Assembly: GCA_002009975.1 (NCBI GenBank)
Contig: MTLP01000012.1
Location: 64,001-128,000, forward strand
Direction of reading: 5' to 3'
Source of the DNA: Thermococcus sp. JdFR-02
GTDB taxonomy: Archaea > Methanobacteriota_B > Thermococci > Thermococcales > Thermococcaceae
Length of the DNA stretch: 64,000 bases
A model generated the notes under the pieces. That model was not told the origin of the DNA. It worked only from the letters and a program-made list of their open reading frames with translations, and ran no database searches. Shown here one piece after another: positions 38,230-47,442 of this stretch. Both the position numbers and the translations under genes were made by a program. Within the stretch, counting starts at the first letter, position 1. Each line of letters starts with the position of its first letter.

Positions 38230-39084
38230 TCATTGATAAACCTTCACTTTTCCATCTCTCTCAATCTCAACTATTGCTTTTCTATTTGCCCAGCATTGAA
38301 TTATAACCCCTACAGGAAGTGAAGCTGGATGGCGATGAGCATATTCTATCTTAACATCTAGTGCTGTTGTTTTTCCTCCCAGTCCCATTGGTCCTATTCC
38401 CAAAGCATTGATCTCCTCTAAGATTTCTTCTTCAAGCTTTGCGATCTCTTCTTTTTCATGTCTAACTCCTAAAGCTCTTAAAAGGGCTTTTTTAGCAAGT
38501 TTTAGAGCAAAATCAGCTCCACCACCAATTCCAACGCCAACTATTATGGGCGGACAGGGTTTTCCTCCGCCTTCTACAACGGTTTTAACAATAAATCTCT
38601 TAACTCCTTCAATACCCTCACTTGGATTCAACATTGCCAAAGCAGAGCAGTTTTCACTTCCCCCTCCTTTTGGAAGAACATAGATTTTTATTTTATCTCC
38701 CTCGACAAGCTCCCAATGAATTATTGGAACAAAACGACCAGTGTTATCTCCCGAATTTTTGTTTGTTAGTAAATCTACAGCGTTGGGTCTTAAAGGAATT
38801 TCGACTGTTGCTCTCTTCGTTGCATTAATGAGCTTCTCCTTTAATCCTTTTAAATAGGGATTTTCAACTCCAGCTTCAACGAAAAAGGTTATTGTCCCAG
38901 TATCTTGACACATGGGAAGTGAATATTCCTTTCCAAGTTCTATTGTTTTTAAAATATTTTCAAGCTGAAGTTTTGCGATTGAATTTTCTTCCTCTTCATA
39001 CGCTTCCTTTAGTGCCTTAACTGTGTCTTTTGGTAAAGTTGTAACAGCTAAGCGGATTGCCTCGACTAGGGCATCTTCAATAAT
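38230..39084 (-). CDS. Fe-S hydro-lyase alpha subunit (class I fumarate hydratase/tartrate dehydratase), apparent ATT start
   Basis: PMCQDTG, PLRPN, PKGGGSEN, PCPP, GIGPMGLGG, HPASLPV, QCWANR. Frame is open 57 codons upstream of ATG 38913, back to ATT ATT GAA behind GGGGTGG. Confidence 0.88.
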   Translation of the reverse strand: MIEDALVEAIRLAVTTLPKDTVKALKEAYEEEENSIAKLQLENILKTIELGKEYSLPMCQDTGTITFFVEAGVENPYLKGLKEKLINATKRATVEIPLRPNAVDLLTNKNSGDNTGRFVPIIHWELVEGDKIKIYVLPKGGGSENCSALAMLNPSEGIEGVKRFIVKTVVEGGGKPCPPIIVGVGIGGGADFALKLAKKALLRALGVRHEKEEIAKLEEEILEEINALGIGPMGLGGKTTALDVKIEYAHRHPASLPVGVIIQCWANRKAIVEIERDGKVKVYQ

Positions 39085-39131
39085 ACTACCACCCCATAGC
39101 TAACTATCAAAGTGATGGTTAAAAAGGTAAG

Positions 39132-40235
39132 CTAAATCAGAGCTTTTAAAAATTCGACATAGACTTGTTTAACCCTTTTCACTGAACTTAGACTAACCCA
39201 TTCATTGGCAGAATGCCAGTTTTCGCCAATTGGACCAAAAACCAATGTTGGTTTTCCAAGATAAGTCCCAAAATAGTTGAAATCACCGACACTCGCTCCA
39301 TATGTTACCTCCAGTTCTTTCCCAGTTACACTTTCAAAAACTCTCTTAAAGAGCTTAACAATTTTTGAATTCTCTTTGACATAATATGGAAGCATTTCTG
39401 GAGTAGGTCTTTGATACTTTTCTATTTTTATCTGAGCTTTAACTCCAGCACGCTTTAAAACCTTCTCCAAACTTCCCTTTACAAATTCCCAATCTTCTCC
39501 AATAACTACATGTCTATCAATAATCGCCTTTGCATATTCTGGAACACTTAACCCATCTGCGTTTCCCTCTATGCTGAGGACGCAAAAACTTCCTTCTCCA
39601 AGCTTTTTATGCTTCTTTTTTCTTGCTTTGTGCAGATTTGCTAAAACTTTTGAAAGTTCTTCTATTGCATTTATTCCATTTTCAGGTCTTGCTGCATGAG
39701 CTTTTCGTCCAAAAGCCTCTATTTGAATGACAAATCTTCCTCTTGCTCCAAGCATTAGTCTCTCATTAGTTGGCTCTCCTATTAAAACTAAATCAGCCTT
39801 CTCAAGTTTCTTGCTCTTTATCAGCTCCCAAGCTCCGTGGGAGTAACCTTCTTCATCAACGACGGCTGTGAATATTATTTCTGGTCTTTCTCTTCTTGAT
39901 AACATGCTCATTTCTATGAAAGCACTTATTAAAGCGGCTAAGCCGCCCTTCATGTCAGCACTCCCTACACCATAGAACCTATCTCCTTCTTGCTCTCCCC
40001 AGGGATTTTTATTCCAACCATCGCTTAATCCAACGGTGTCCATATGCCCATTTAAAACGATCGTCGTCTTTTTTCCTCTTAAAGAGGCTATCACATTATT
40101 TCCAAAACCTTCAACCTCTTGAATTTGTACCTTTGAGTAATTTTCAAGAAAGTTAGCAATGAATTCAGAAATTTTTTCTTCTTGTCCGAAATGAGAGGGA
40201 ATAGATACTAACTTTTTTAAAAGTTCGAGCTCCAT
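39132..40235 (-). CDS. M20/ArgE-DapE family metallopeptidase/deacylase
   Basis: LNGHMDTV, GSADMKGG, VDEEG, GEPT, AHAARPENGINAI, HSANE. Confidence 0.92.
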   Translation of the reverse strand: MELELLKKLVSIPSHFGQEEKISEFIANFLENYSKVQIQEVEGFGNNVIASLRGKKTTIVLNGHMDTVGLSDGWNKNPWGEQEGDRFYGVGSADMKGGLAALISAFIEMSMLSRRERPEIIFTAVVDEEGYSHGAWELIKSKKLEKADLVLIGEPTNERLMLGARGRFVIQIEAFGRKAHAARPENGINAIEELSKVLANLHKARKKKHKKLGEGSFCVLSIEGNADGLSVPEYAKAIIDRHVVIGEDWEFVKGSLEKVLKRAGVKAQIKIEKYQRPTPEMLPYYVKENSKIVKLFKRVFESVTGKELEVTYGASVGDFNYFGTYLGKPTLVFGPIGENWHSANEWVSLSSVKRVKQVYVEFLKALI

Positions 40236-40391
40236 TGTATCACCACAAGTTACTATATAAAGTGATGATATATAACACTTTTGACAATTATCTTCATGTT
40301 TAGAAGAATATTTGAAATAGATAATGCTATTTAGTTTGTTAGCATGTTTCTATTTAACTTATTAATCGCGTAAAAGAGAGCATAAAAAATT

Positions 40392-40468
40392 TGGTGGACC
40401 GGGCGGGATTTGAACCCGCGGCCTCTGGCTTGCGAAGCCAGCGCTCTACCAAACTGAGCTACCGGCCC
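40392..40468 (-). tRNA. tRNA-Ala(CGC), CCA encoded, no intron
   Basis: Reverse complement GGGCCGG TA GCTC AGTTTGGTA GAGC G CTGGC TTCGCAA GCCAG AGGCC GCGGG TTCAAAT CCCGC CCGGTCC A CCA. G3:U70 Ala identity pair. Confidence 0.98.
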
Positions 40469-40533
40469 ATTATCCAAAACTTACAAAAACAAAAGTGGGT
40501 ATTTAAAAATTTCGAAAATAGTAAAAAGGAACT

Positions 40534-41436
40534 TTAGGGCATTTGTAGTGCAGAGTTTATTTCATCGATTATGTTCGTTTTTATAGTCTCTTCAAAGCTC
40601 ATAATTTCGAATGTGAAGTTTCTGTTAAACATTGTGGCTTTGAGGTACACTCTAACACTTACTTGACTAGATTCTCCCCTCTTTATATGCTCTACCCATA
40701 CTTTTGGAAGAAGGTCAAGTCTAATCACGCTTTTTACTTTTGCAGTTGCCGAACCTTTAGCCGGCATAACGATATTTTCAATAAGCTCTCCTTCTCCTAA
40801 TTTGTAGCCGTTTATCTTTACTTCGTAACCTATTCCAGAAACCGGTATCGGGAAGTCATTTGGATTGTACAACTCTATATCGCTGTATATTGTTAGGGAG
40901 TTATCTGTTATTGGACCCCATCTTGAAGTTACGCTCTTAACAGCGGGTGTTTTTATCAGATCTCCTTTGCTTTCACTCTGCATAGTTAATTTTGAAAGCA
41001 AGTCTGTATTTACTGGTTGAGAAAATTCTTTCTCAAGTAGTTTTACACCAAAAACAGCTGCAACGACTTTAATCCTGACTTCACTCTTTTCACCATTTTT
41101 TATATGGTTTTTTACAGCCTCTATAATCTTATAATTATCAATAACAAGCGCCCCATCAATTTTGTTGTTCATAAAACTTAGCTTTACATTTTCAGCCTTC
41201 CCTATTTCCACTCCACCCCATTCTACCGTTAACTCCTTTATGCTTGCAGATATAGGCAGTTTTTTATTTAAATAGACATGAAGTCGTAATTCTGTTGATT
41301 TCTCATCAATGTGTCCCCATTCAGCGCTTATTTGAGGCTGCAAATTAATCGCTGCATAGCCTAAGTACGCTATCCATAGTATTATCGCCAAGAAAGCCAA
41401 GAGTATTATCTTAAAAATACCTCTCACATCTCCCAC
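40534..41436 (-). CDS. Membrane-anchored LEA type 2 (WHy) double-domain protein
   Basis: N-terminal TM, YNPNDFPIPVSGIGYEVKING, duplicated HIK.GE.S.V motif. Confidence 0.85.
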   Translation of the reverse strand: MGDVRGIFKIILLAFLAIILWIAYLGYAAINLQPQISAEWGHIDEKSTELRLHVYLNKKLPISASIKELTVEWGGVEIGKAENVKLSFMNNKIDGALVIDNYKIIEAVKNHIKNGEKSEVRIKVVAAVFGVKLLEKEFSQPVNTDLLSKLTMQSESKGDLIKTPAVKSVTSRWGPITDNSLTIYSDIELYNPNDFPIPVSGIGYEVKINGYKLGEGELIENIVMPAKGSATAKVKSVIRLDLLPKVWVEHIKRGESSQVSVRVYLKATMFNRNFTFEIMSFEETIKTNIIDEINSALQMP

Positions 41437-41502
41437 CTACTAGAGAGTTATGTTGTTGATGTTTAAACGTTTTTCTAAATCTAAGATTTTGGAAATATGC
41501 TG

Positions 41503-42006
41503 TTAAGATAACTGTGTGGTCATTGAGTTTAAATCTGAAATAAAGATTCGGAAAAAAGAAGGGGCAATTATGTCTCCATTTGGTGCAATTGCGAATGCTT
41601 TAAAGTTATCAACTCCAGTTCCCATAATCCCAAGAGGTGGATTTCCATGAAATTCAATTGCCCATTTAAGATTTCCCTGACTATCAAGCCTCGCAACTAA
41701 TGGAAGACCGTGAGCACTTATAATGACAATATCACCGTTTGGAGCAAGAGCTAATGAATCGGCTGGTATATCTTTTACCCAGTTTATACTTCCGTCTGGC
41801 TTGAGACTCATAAGAAAATTATCTGCTGCGACTATGATATTCTCATTTAGGGCAACGGCAACTCCTGTTATGCCATCGTGATAATTATCTTTACCATAAC
41901 TTCTAGCCCAATAATTTTGTGATATACTTGCAGCTTCCTCTAGAGAAACCAAGCTTCCAGTTAATAACAACAATATAACTAAGAGGTTTACTCTCATTTC
42001 AATCAC
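41503..42006 (-). pseudogene. Truncated secreted beta-propeller-like protein
   Basis: Signal peptide, YWARSYG, about three repeats of A.APNGDI and LxxxGxxxW, then an abrupt unrelated C-terminus. Confidence 0.55.
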
Positions 42007-42389
42007 TGCTACTTTATGATATGCCGTTGTATGTTAAATCCTTTATGGAGTTTAAGCTGATACTGTCTAGGATAAGTTCTGAGAGGTAGTCATTTTAAGT
42101 TTCTAAAATACTGTGAAAAATAGGAGAGAAAATGACAAGGGTCATTCTGTGTAAGATATTTTAAACTTTATAAAAATCATTATTGAAGAAACAAGATCCT
42201 ATTACAGAAGAAAATTCAAACAACACTATTATTCTCAATGGACTCAGCTACTGATAAGTTGTAGAAGGTATGACTCTCGGTTTAAAGCTCCGTCAGCAGG
42301 TATTACTGAATAGCTTCAGGAAGATGTCAACCTTATCTTGACAGCATCACAGTATCTCTGAGAAATTTGAAAGGTATAAAGGGAAAAGG

Positions 42390-45104
42390 CTACTTTCTTT
42401 TCATGTACGTTACGATGACTGCAAGAGCAACTAAAGCTCCGACTCCTAAACCTAATGTCCTTAATCCTGTTTTTTGCTTTGTGTTCACTTTTATGGGTAC
42501 TTTTATCGAATCTTCGAAGATGTAAATGTTGTCATCACCATTCTCCTTATCACCAACTGCTCTAAGCCTGACTTGAATTGTGTACTCCTTTGGAATCGCA
42601 TCCTTGTTTATACTCAGCTCTATGACTCCTTCTCCGCTTTTTCCTGGATCGAGAGTTCCTATGTAGCCAGTTCTTTTAGTTAGTGTAAATGGTTGGCTGG
42701 CTTTAACGACTCCCTCAATAATAACATTTTCTGCTTGCTCTTCGCCAACGTTCTTAACTCTGACATAAACTTTGACATCTTTGCCCTGCATCGGTGTTTT
42801 GTCGAATCTAACGCCCTCAACTACTATCTTCGGCTTGCCGTTCACTATTATTGGAACAGTTAGGGTTATGTTCTTCGTTTCTCCCAGTGAATCTTTGTAA
42901 GTGATTTCAACTGGAATCTCGTAGGTTCCTCCTTTAATTCCATCTTTTACGTTGATTCTAAAGATAGCTTTAGCTGAATCTCCTTGCCTTAAAGTTCCAA
43001 GGTTTATTACCTGCTCGCTCGTCTCGCTTAGCTCGAATGGATCTTTAGGCTTTGGCTTAAGGAGAATATATCTCGCAGTTCCGCTTCCAATGTTCTCGAC
43101 TTCAAGACTTACTTCAACGTTGTTTGTTCCTGCCAAAACTCTGCTTGGGGAAGTTGAAACTTTTGAGATTATCAGTTCTTCCTTTCCAAGGACGTTGATA
43201 CCCATTAAGCGCTCATCGCTCACTTTCTCATCATCTGGAGTTGAGAGATACTCAATTCCTATTCTCAGTGGATAAACTCCGTTTTCCACTCTGTCATTAG
43301 CTTTTATGTGGAACTCCAATGTTACCTCCTGATTTGGAGCAACCACAGGGACATACTTTGAGTTGTCTTCACCAATTGGCAAAAACGCTTCAACGTTCCT
43401 CTTAGCTAGCTCTTGCATTATCTGGTTTAAGGCTGTTTGAAGGTTTTCACTTATAGCTTGGCTTCCTTGGATGGGCAAATTCTGAAGAGATGACAAATCA
43501 ACGTTCTTTATCTCTCTCTGAACTTCAGCTTTGTAGGCCAAAATCTTAAGCTCAAAGGCCCTCGCAGTTTCCTCTCCAACGTTTTTGATCTTAATCTTAA
43601 GCGTGAACTCATCTCCTGGCTCTATCTTTTTAGGCTCGAGCTCAACGCTCTCAATCTCTATGAATGCCTTTCTTCTCTCAAGAACTTGAACTGAGAACTC
43701 AAAGTTTTGGCTCATGCTTTCCTTTGCATCGCCGCTGTAGTAGGTGAGCTTTAGGATTAGAGGATAGCTTCCAGTCTTTGCGTTCTCAGAAACGTGGAGC
43801 TTGAACTTGTATTCGACTTCCCCATTTGCCCTTACAATGGCAGTGTAGTACTGATTTGGGCTGTTGCTTATTAATATAGCTTTCTCAGGCGAAACTTTTG
43901 GAAGTTGTGATGAATCTTGAATGTTCGGAGTTATAACCGGCTCAAGAGTTACCAAAACATTCTTAGCTTTCTCTCCACCAACGTTCCTGAGCTTCACTTT
44001 AACTTCAAAGTCCTCTCCGGGATAAACAACATCTGGCTTTTCAATGCTCTCAATTACAAAGGTTGCATCACTTTCCCTTGCAACGGTAATTCCAGCGTAG
44101 TTGAAGCTCTGCATCTGCTGCAAGCTTTCTCCCATTCCAACTGAATAGATTACAGTTACATAAACCGGATAAATGCCTGGAGCAGCATTCTCATTGACTT
44201 TAAATTTAAACTCGAGTGTTTTCTCTTCCTTTCCTTCGAGATACTCTATATACTTCGTTGCAGTATCGACAGGCATTAAAAGACTTTGAACGGCACCACT
44301 TTGAGTTAAAGCTTGAGCTAAAGCGTTGCTTGAACTTCCTTGCTCTTCCGCACTCATGCTCATTGGCATCGGGGAAACTATAACATTGATGTATCTCGCT
44401 TTTAAAGCACCTTCGTTCTTCAGGTGAACCTTTATCGTAACTTCATCGCCAGGATTGACGCTCTTTGGCATTTCTATGCTGGTTGTTATGAAAGCGGGTA
44501 GCGTTGATGCTTTCCACTCCTGAGGTCCGCTTATGCTGAGCTTTGCACCGTTTGGGTATATCTGAAGAGCTGTGATTGTGACTTTCTCACCATGAACATC
44601 AAGCTCAATCGTCTCGTTTTCACTTATGTAGTTGTACTTTATCTGAACGTTGACCAAATCCTGAGGAGTCAAACCGAGTTCTGGATGTGCTTGAATGGTT
44701 GCGAGTATTGCGTTAAATATTTCTTCCTCGCTTGCTGTTTGTAGCCATTGATAGAATGCTAACTGGTCTTGTGGATCTGTCATATTGTAGCCAAGCGTTT
44801 CTCCCATTAAGGTTAAGAAGGTTTGGTTGCTGAGCAGGCTCTGAATTAAAGCTGTATTTGGAGTCATTACTGGAGTTGCGACGTTGTTTATGACCTTGCC
44901 ATCCTTAGTTATAACTATTAAAGCTTGATATATGCCGTTTAGGTAGTTCTTCTGTACATCTGCCACCGTTATCACTAACGGACCAACGAGGAGGTACTCC
45001 CCTTTATCCAAATAACCTTCAAAGAGCAATGTATCTTGAGCCAAAACTACGTTAAAGAGGCTCGAAATAAGCAAAAGACCGATTAAAATTCCCGTTTTTT
45101 TCAT
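42390..45104 (-). CDS. COG1361 S-layer-domain/Ig-like surface protein (large)
   Basis: Signal peptide, about five repeated xNVG..A / G.YP units, C-terminal TM plus KRK. Confidence 0.82.
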   Translation of the reverse strand: MKKTGILIGLLLISSLFNVVLAQDTLLFEGYLDKGEYLLVGPLVITVADVQKNYLNGIYQALIVITKDGKVINNVATPVMTPNTALIQSLLSNQTFLTLMGETLGYNMTDPQDQLAFYQWLQTASEEEIFNAILATIQAHPELGLTPQDLVNVQIKYNYISENETIELDVHGEKVTITALQIYPNGAKLSISGPQEWKASTLPAFITTSIEMPKSVNPGDEVTIKVHLKNEGALKARYINVIVSPMPMSMSAEEQGSSSNALAQALTQSGAVQSLLMPVDTATKYIEYLEGKEEKTLEFKFKVNENAAPGIYPVYVTVIYSVGMGESLQQMQSFNYAGITVARESDATFVIESIEKPDVVYPGEDFEVKVKLRNVGGEKAKNVLVTLEPVITPNIQDSSQLPKVSPEKAILISNSPNQYYTAIVRANGEVEYKFKLHVSENAKTGSYPLILKLTYYSGDAKESMSQNFEFSVQVLERRKAFIEIESVELEPKKIEPGDEFTLKIKIKNVGEETARAFELKILAYKAEVQREIKNVDLSSLQNLPIQGSQAISENLQTALNQIMQELAKRNVEAFLPIGEDNSKYVPVVAPNQEVTLEFHIKANDRVENGVYPLRIGIEYLSTPDDEKVSDERLMGINVLGKEELIISKVSTSPSRVLAGTNNVEVSLEVENIGSGTARYILLKPKPKDPFELSETSEQVINLGTLRQGDSAKAIFRINVKDGIKGGTYEIPVEITYKDSLGETKNITLTVPIIVNGKPKIVVEGVRFDKTPMQGKDVKVYVRVKNVGEEQAENVIIEGVVKASQPFTLTKRTGYIGTLDPGKSGEGVIELSINKDAIPKEYTIQVRLRAVGDKENGDDNIYIFEDSIKVPIKVNTKQKTGLRTLGLGVGALVALAVIVTYMKRK

Positions 45105-47353
45105 TCTTCACCACCTCTAAGCCTTTTTCCATAAAATATCTGCAGTAAAGCAGGGGTAACAAGGAAAGCAGCGAACATTGAGGAAAATATGCCAACAGCC
45201 AAAGTTTTTCCTAAATCGTGGATTGGAGTTAGCTGGCCAACTAGCAGGGCCAAAAATCCACCAGCAGTTGTTAGACCACCGATCAAGATTCCAGGACCAA
45301 CGCTTTTGACAGCAGTAACTATTGGGTGCGGATTTCCTTCATTTAGTTCTTCCATGAATCTGTGAGTTAGATGCATTCCGTAGTCCACTCCTAAACCTAC
45401 AATCATTGAGATAATTCCAGCCAGTGTTTGGCTGAATGGAATTCCAACCCAGCCCATGTAGCCGACAGTCCACAGTGCACCAAGGAACATTGGCATTGCC
45501 ATCGCTACTGAGAGCTTTGCGTTTCTAAAGAGTAGAATGACTATAAGAAGCACAAAGAGCGTTCCGTAGGTTGAGATTTTACCGAGTTCTTGGTTCGTTA
45601 AGTCATCCAAGACATAGCTCAAATAAGTCTCTCCAGCCAGAGAAACCTGTACTCCTGGTGGAAAGTCGGCATTTTCAACTTCATTCTCAAAATACTTCAT
45701 TATTCTCCTAAACTGCTCTTGAGTAACTCCCATGAAGTTTCCTTTGAACCGAATTACTGCCATTGAATAATCCGAGTTCACTAAGCCCTGCCCTTGATAT
45801 TCCTCCAGAGCTTTCTTTATCTTCTCCTTATCATTGGGAATGTAGCCGTACTTCTGAATCACAATGTCAGCGATGCTGTTAGCTTCAAAGACGTTGTTGT
45901 AGTAAGAATCTGCTTTAACGCTCTGCTCAAAGCGGTAAATAGCTCTAACAACACTTGAATCTCTAACGTCATCTGCTTTCACCAAAATATCTACTTCATC
46001 TTGACCTCCGAATTCATACCTAACGTCTTTCATTACCTCTATCTCTGGTATCCCCGCTGGAATCATCTTCTCAAGCCTGACCTCAGTAGTTACTTTGGTT
46101 AAGCCGTACCCAAAAAACAGAGTCACAACAAGTACTAATGCCAAGAAGCTCTTTGGATGATCTCTAACTATTCTTCCAAGGCTTTCAAAAACCCTAGCTA
46201 CAACTCCTGAATGAGCTCTAATCTCTGGAATCTCATAATGACCAGTGAACTTTTTCCTTAAGTCCTCCTCCAGAATTATGATCGCTGGAGTTATCACCAC
46301 AGCATTCAATGCCGCTAAGCTCAAACCCATTATTAAAGCAACACTTAACCTCTGCAGTGAGGGCAATATGGAGAGGCTTAACGCTGCAAATCCAGCTATG
46401 GTTGTCAACGCAGCCCCAAGCAGAGCTTTACCTGTTTCAGTTATGGCTTCTTCAGCTGCATTTTCAATGCTCCTTCCCTTCTTTCTCTCTTCGTAATATC
46501 TGTTCGTTACGTGAACACCATAATCAATACCCATACCTATCAGCATAGCACCGACGGTTGTAGTTGCCATGTCAAGGGGAATTCCCAAAAGCCCCATAAA
46601 TCCGAGAGTCATTATAACCCCAAAGATGAGGGGAATAAGGGGAACTGCTGCTTTTATTGGAGAGCGATAGAAGTAGAGCAGTATCAAAACGACAATCAGA
46701 AAAGCAACTCCCATAGTTTTATTTAAATCGCTCTGCAAAAGCTTCAAAAGTCTATAGGCAATTCCAACAGTTCCAGTTTGAACAACTTCAACGTTTTTAG
46801 GAAACTTTACTTCATTAATGTCCTCTTGGAGTTCTTCATAAACCCTCTGCAGGACTTTAGAATCCTTTTCTCTGTTTAAGGTCACCACTATCATCGTTGT
46901 TCTATAATCAGAGCTTATCAATCCTTGTTTAGCTTCCTCAGGGAGCATGTTCAGAACGAGCCGCACTTCATCTTCGTTTTCTGGCAATCGTCCAAGAGTT
47001 TGAACGTAGATGTCGGCTATGCTTATTGTGCCCGTTACATATTCATGCTCTCTAAGCCTCTGCTCAAGCTCGTAGATTGCTTGGATTACTTGCGGATCCC
47101 TTATGTCATAAACGCCCCCTTCCTCTATGCTGTTAACCTTCACTATAATTATGGCAACATCTCCGCTTTGGAATTCATCTTGAAGTGCATAATAGTCTTT
47201 CACTGCCCTTAAGTCTTCAGGAAGCTGTTTAGATAGATCACTCTCAAAGCTGAGCTTTGTCATGCCGTAGAATGAAAGGATGAGCAAGAATACCGCAATT
47301 AAACCGAAGGTGACTCTGTACTCGACGATGATCTTTGATAATTTTTTGAGCAT
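45101..47353 (-). CDS. Hydrophobe/amphiphile efflux-3 (HAE3, MMPL/RND) transporter
   Basis: Internally duplicated halves with GMGIDYGVH / GLGVDYGMH and LTTIAGF / LTTAGGF. Confidence 0.92.
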   Translation of the reverse strand: MLKKLSKIIVEYRVTFGLIAVFLLILSFYGMTKLSFESDLSKQLPEDLRAVKDYYALQDEFQSGDVAIIIVKVNSIEEGGVYDIRDPQVIQAIYELEQRLREHEYVTGTISIADIYVQTLGRLPENEDEVRLVLNMLPEEAKQGLISSDYRTTMIVVTLNREKDSKVLQRVYEELQEDINEVKFPKNVEVVQTGTVGIAYRLLKLLQSDLNKTMGVAFLIVVLILLYFYRSPIKAAVPLIPLIFGVIMTLGFMGLLGIPLDMATTTVGAMLIGMGIDYGVHVTNRYYEERKKGRSIENAAEEAITETGKALLGAALTTIAGFAALSLSILPSLQRLSVALIMGLSLAALNAVVITPAIIILEEDLRKKFTGHYEIPEIRAHSGVVARVFESLGRIVRDHPKSFLALVLVVTLFFGYGLTKVTTEVRLEKMIPAGIPEIEVMKDVRYEFGGQDEVDILVKADDVRDSSVVRAIYRFEQSVKADSYYNNVFEANSIADIVIQKYGYIPNDKEKIKKALEEYQGQGLVNSDYSMAVIRFKGNFMGVTQEQFRRIMKYFENEVENADFPPGVQVSLAGETYLSYVLDDLTNQELGKISTYGTLFVLLIVILLFRNAKLSVAMAMPMFLGALWTVGYMGWVGIPFSQTLAGIISMIVGLGVDYGMHLTHRFMEELNEGNPHPIVTAVKSVGPGILIGGLTTAGGFLALLVGQLTPIHDLGKTLAVGIFSSMFAAFLVTPALLQIFYGKRLRGGEE

Positions 47354-47365
47354 TTCAATCCCCCC

Positions 47366-47389
47366 AACTTTCGGAAATTTCCGAAAGTT
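47366..47389. promoter_or_regulatory. Perfect 24-bp palindromic operator
   Basis: AACTTTCGGAAA-TTTCCGAAAGTT between the RND RBS and its TATA-like box (TTTTAAGC on -). Confidence 0.75.
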
Positions 47390-47442
47390 TTATAATTAAG
47401 AAAGCTTAAAAATCTTTTGGTACAACATTAGGAGATTTAAAA

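Noticed and set aside
40238-40254. TATCAC-CACAA-GTTACT as a TGM upstream of the M20 peptidase
   Set aside because: The right half-site is poor and the left half is explained by the GGTGATA RBS.
40236-40391. Integrative element at the 3' end of tRNA-Ala
   Set aside because: No integrase and no duplicated tRNA 3' fragment (att) seen in the window. The downstream gene is an ordinary M20 peptidase.
42280-42352. Minus-strand GTGATGC...CTGA...CTGA as a fourth C/D sRNA
   Set aside because: The C box is mismatched, spacing is too long, there is no C' box, and no rRNA complementarity is recognisable.
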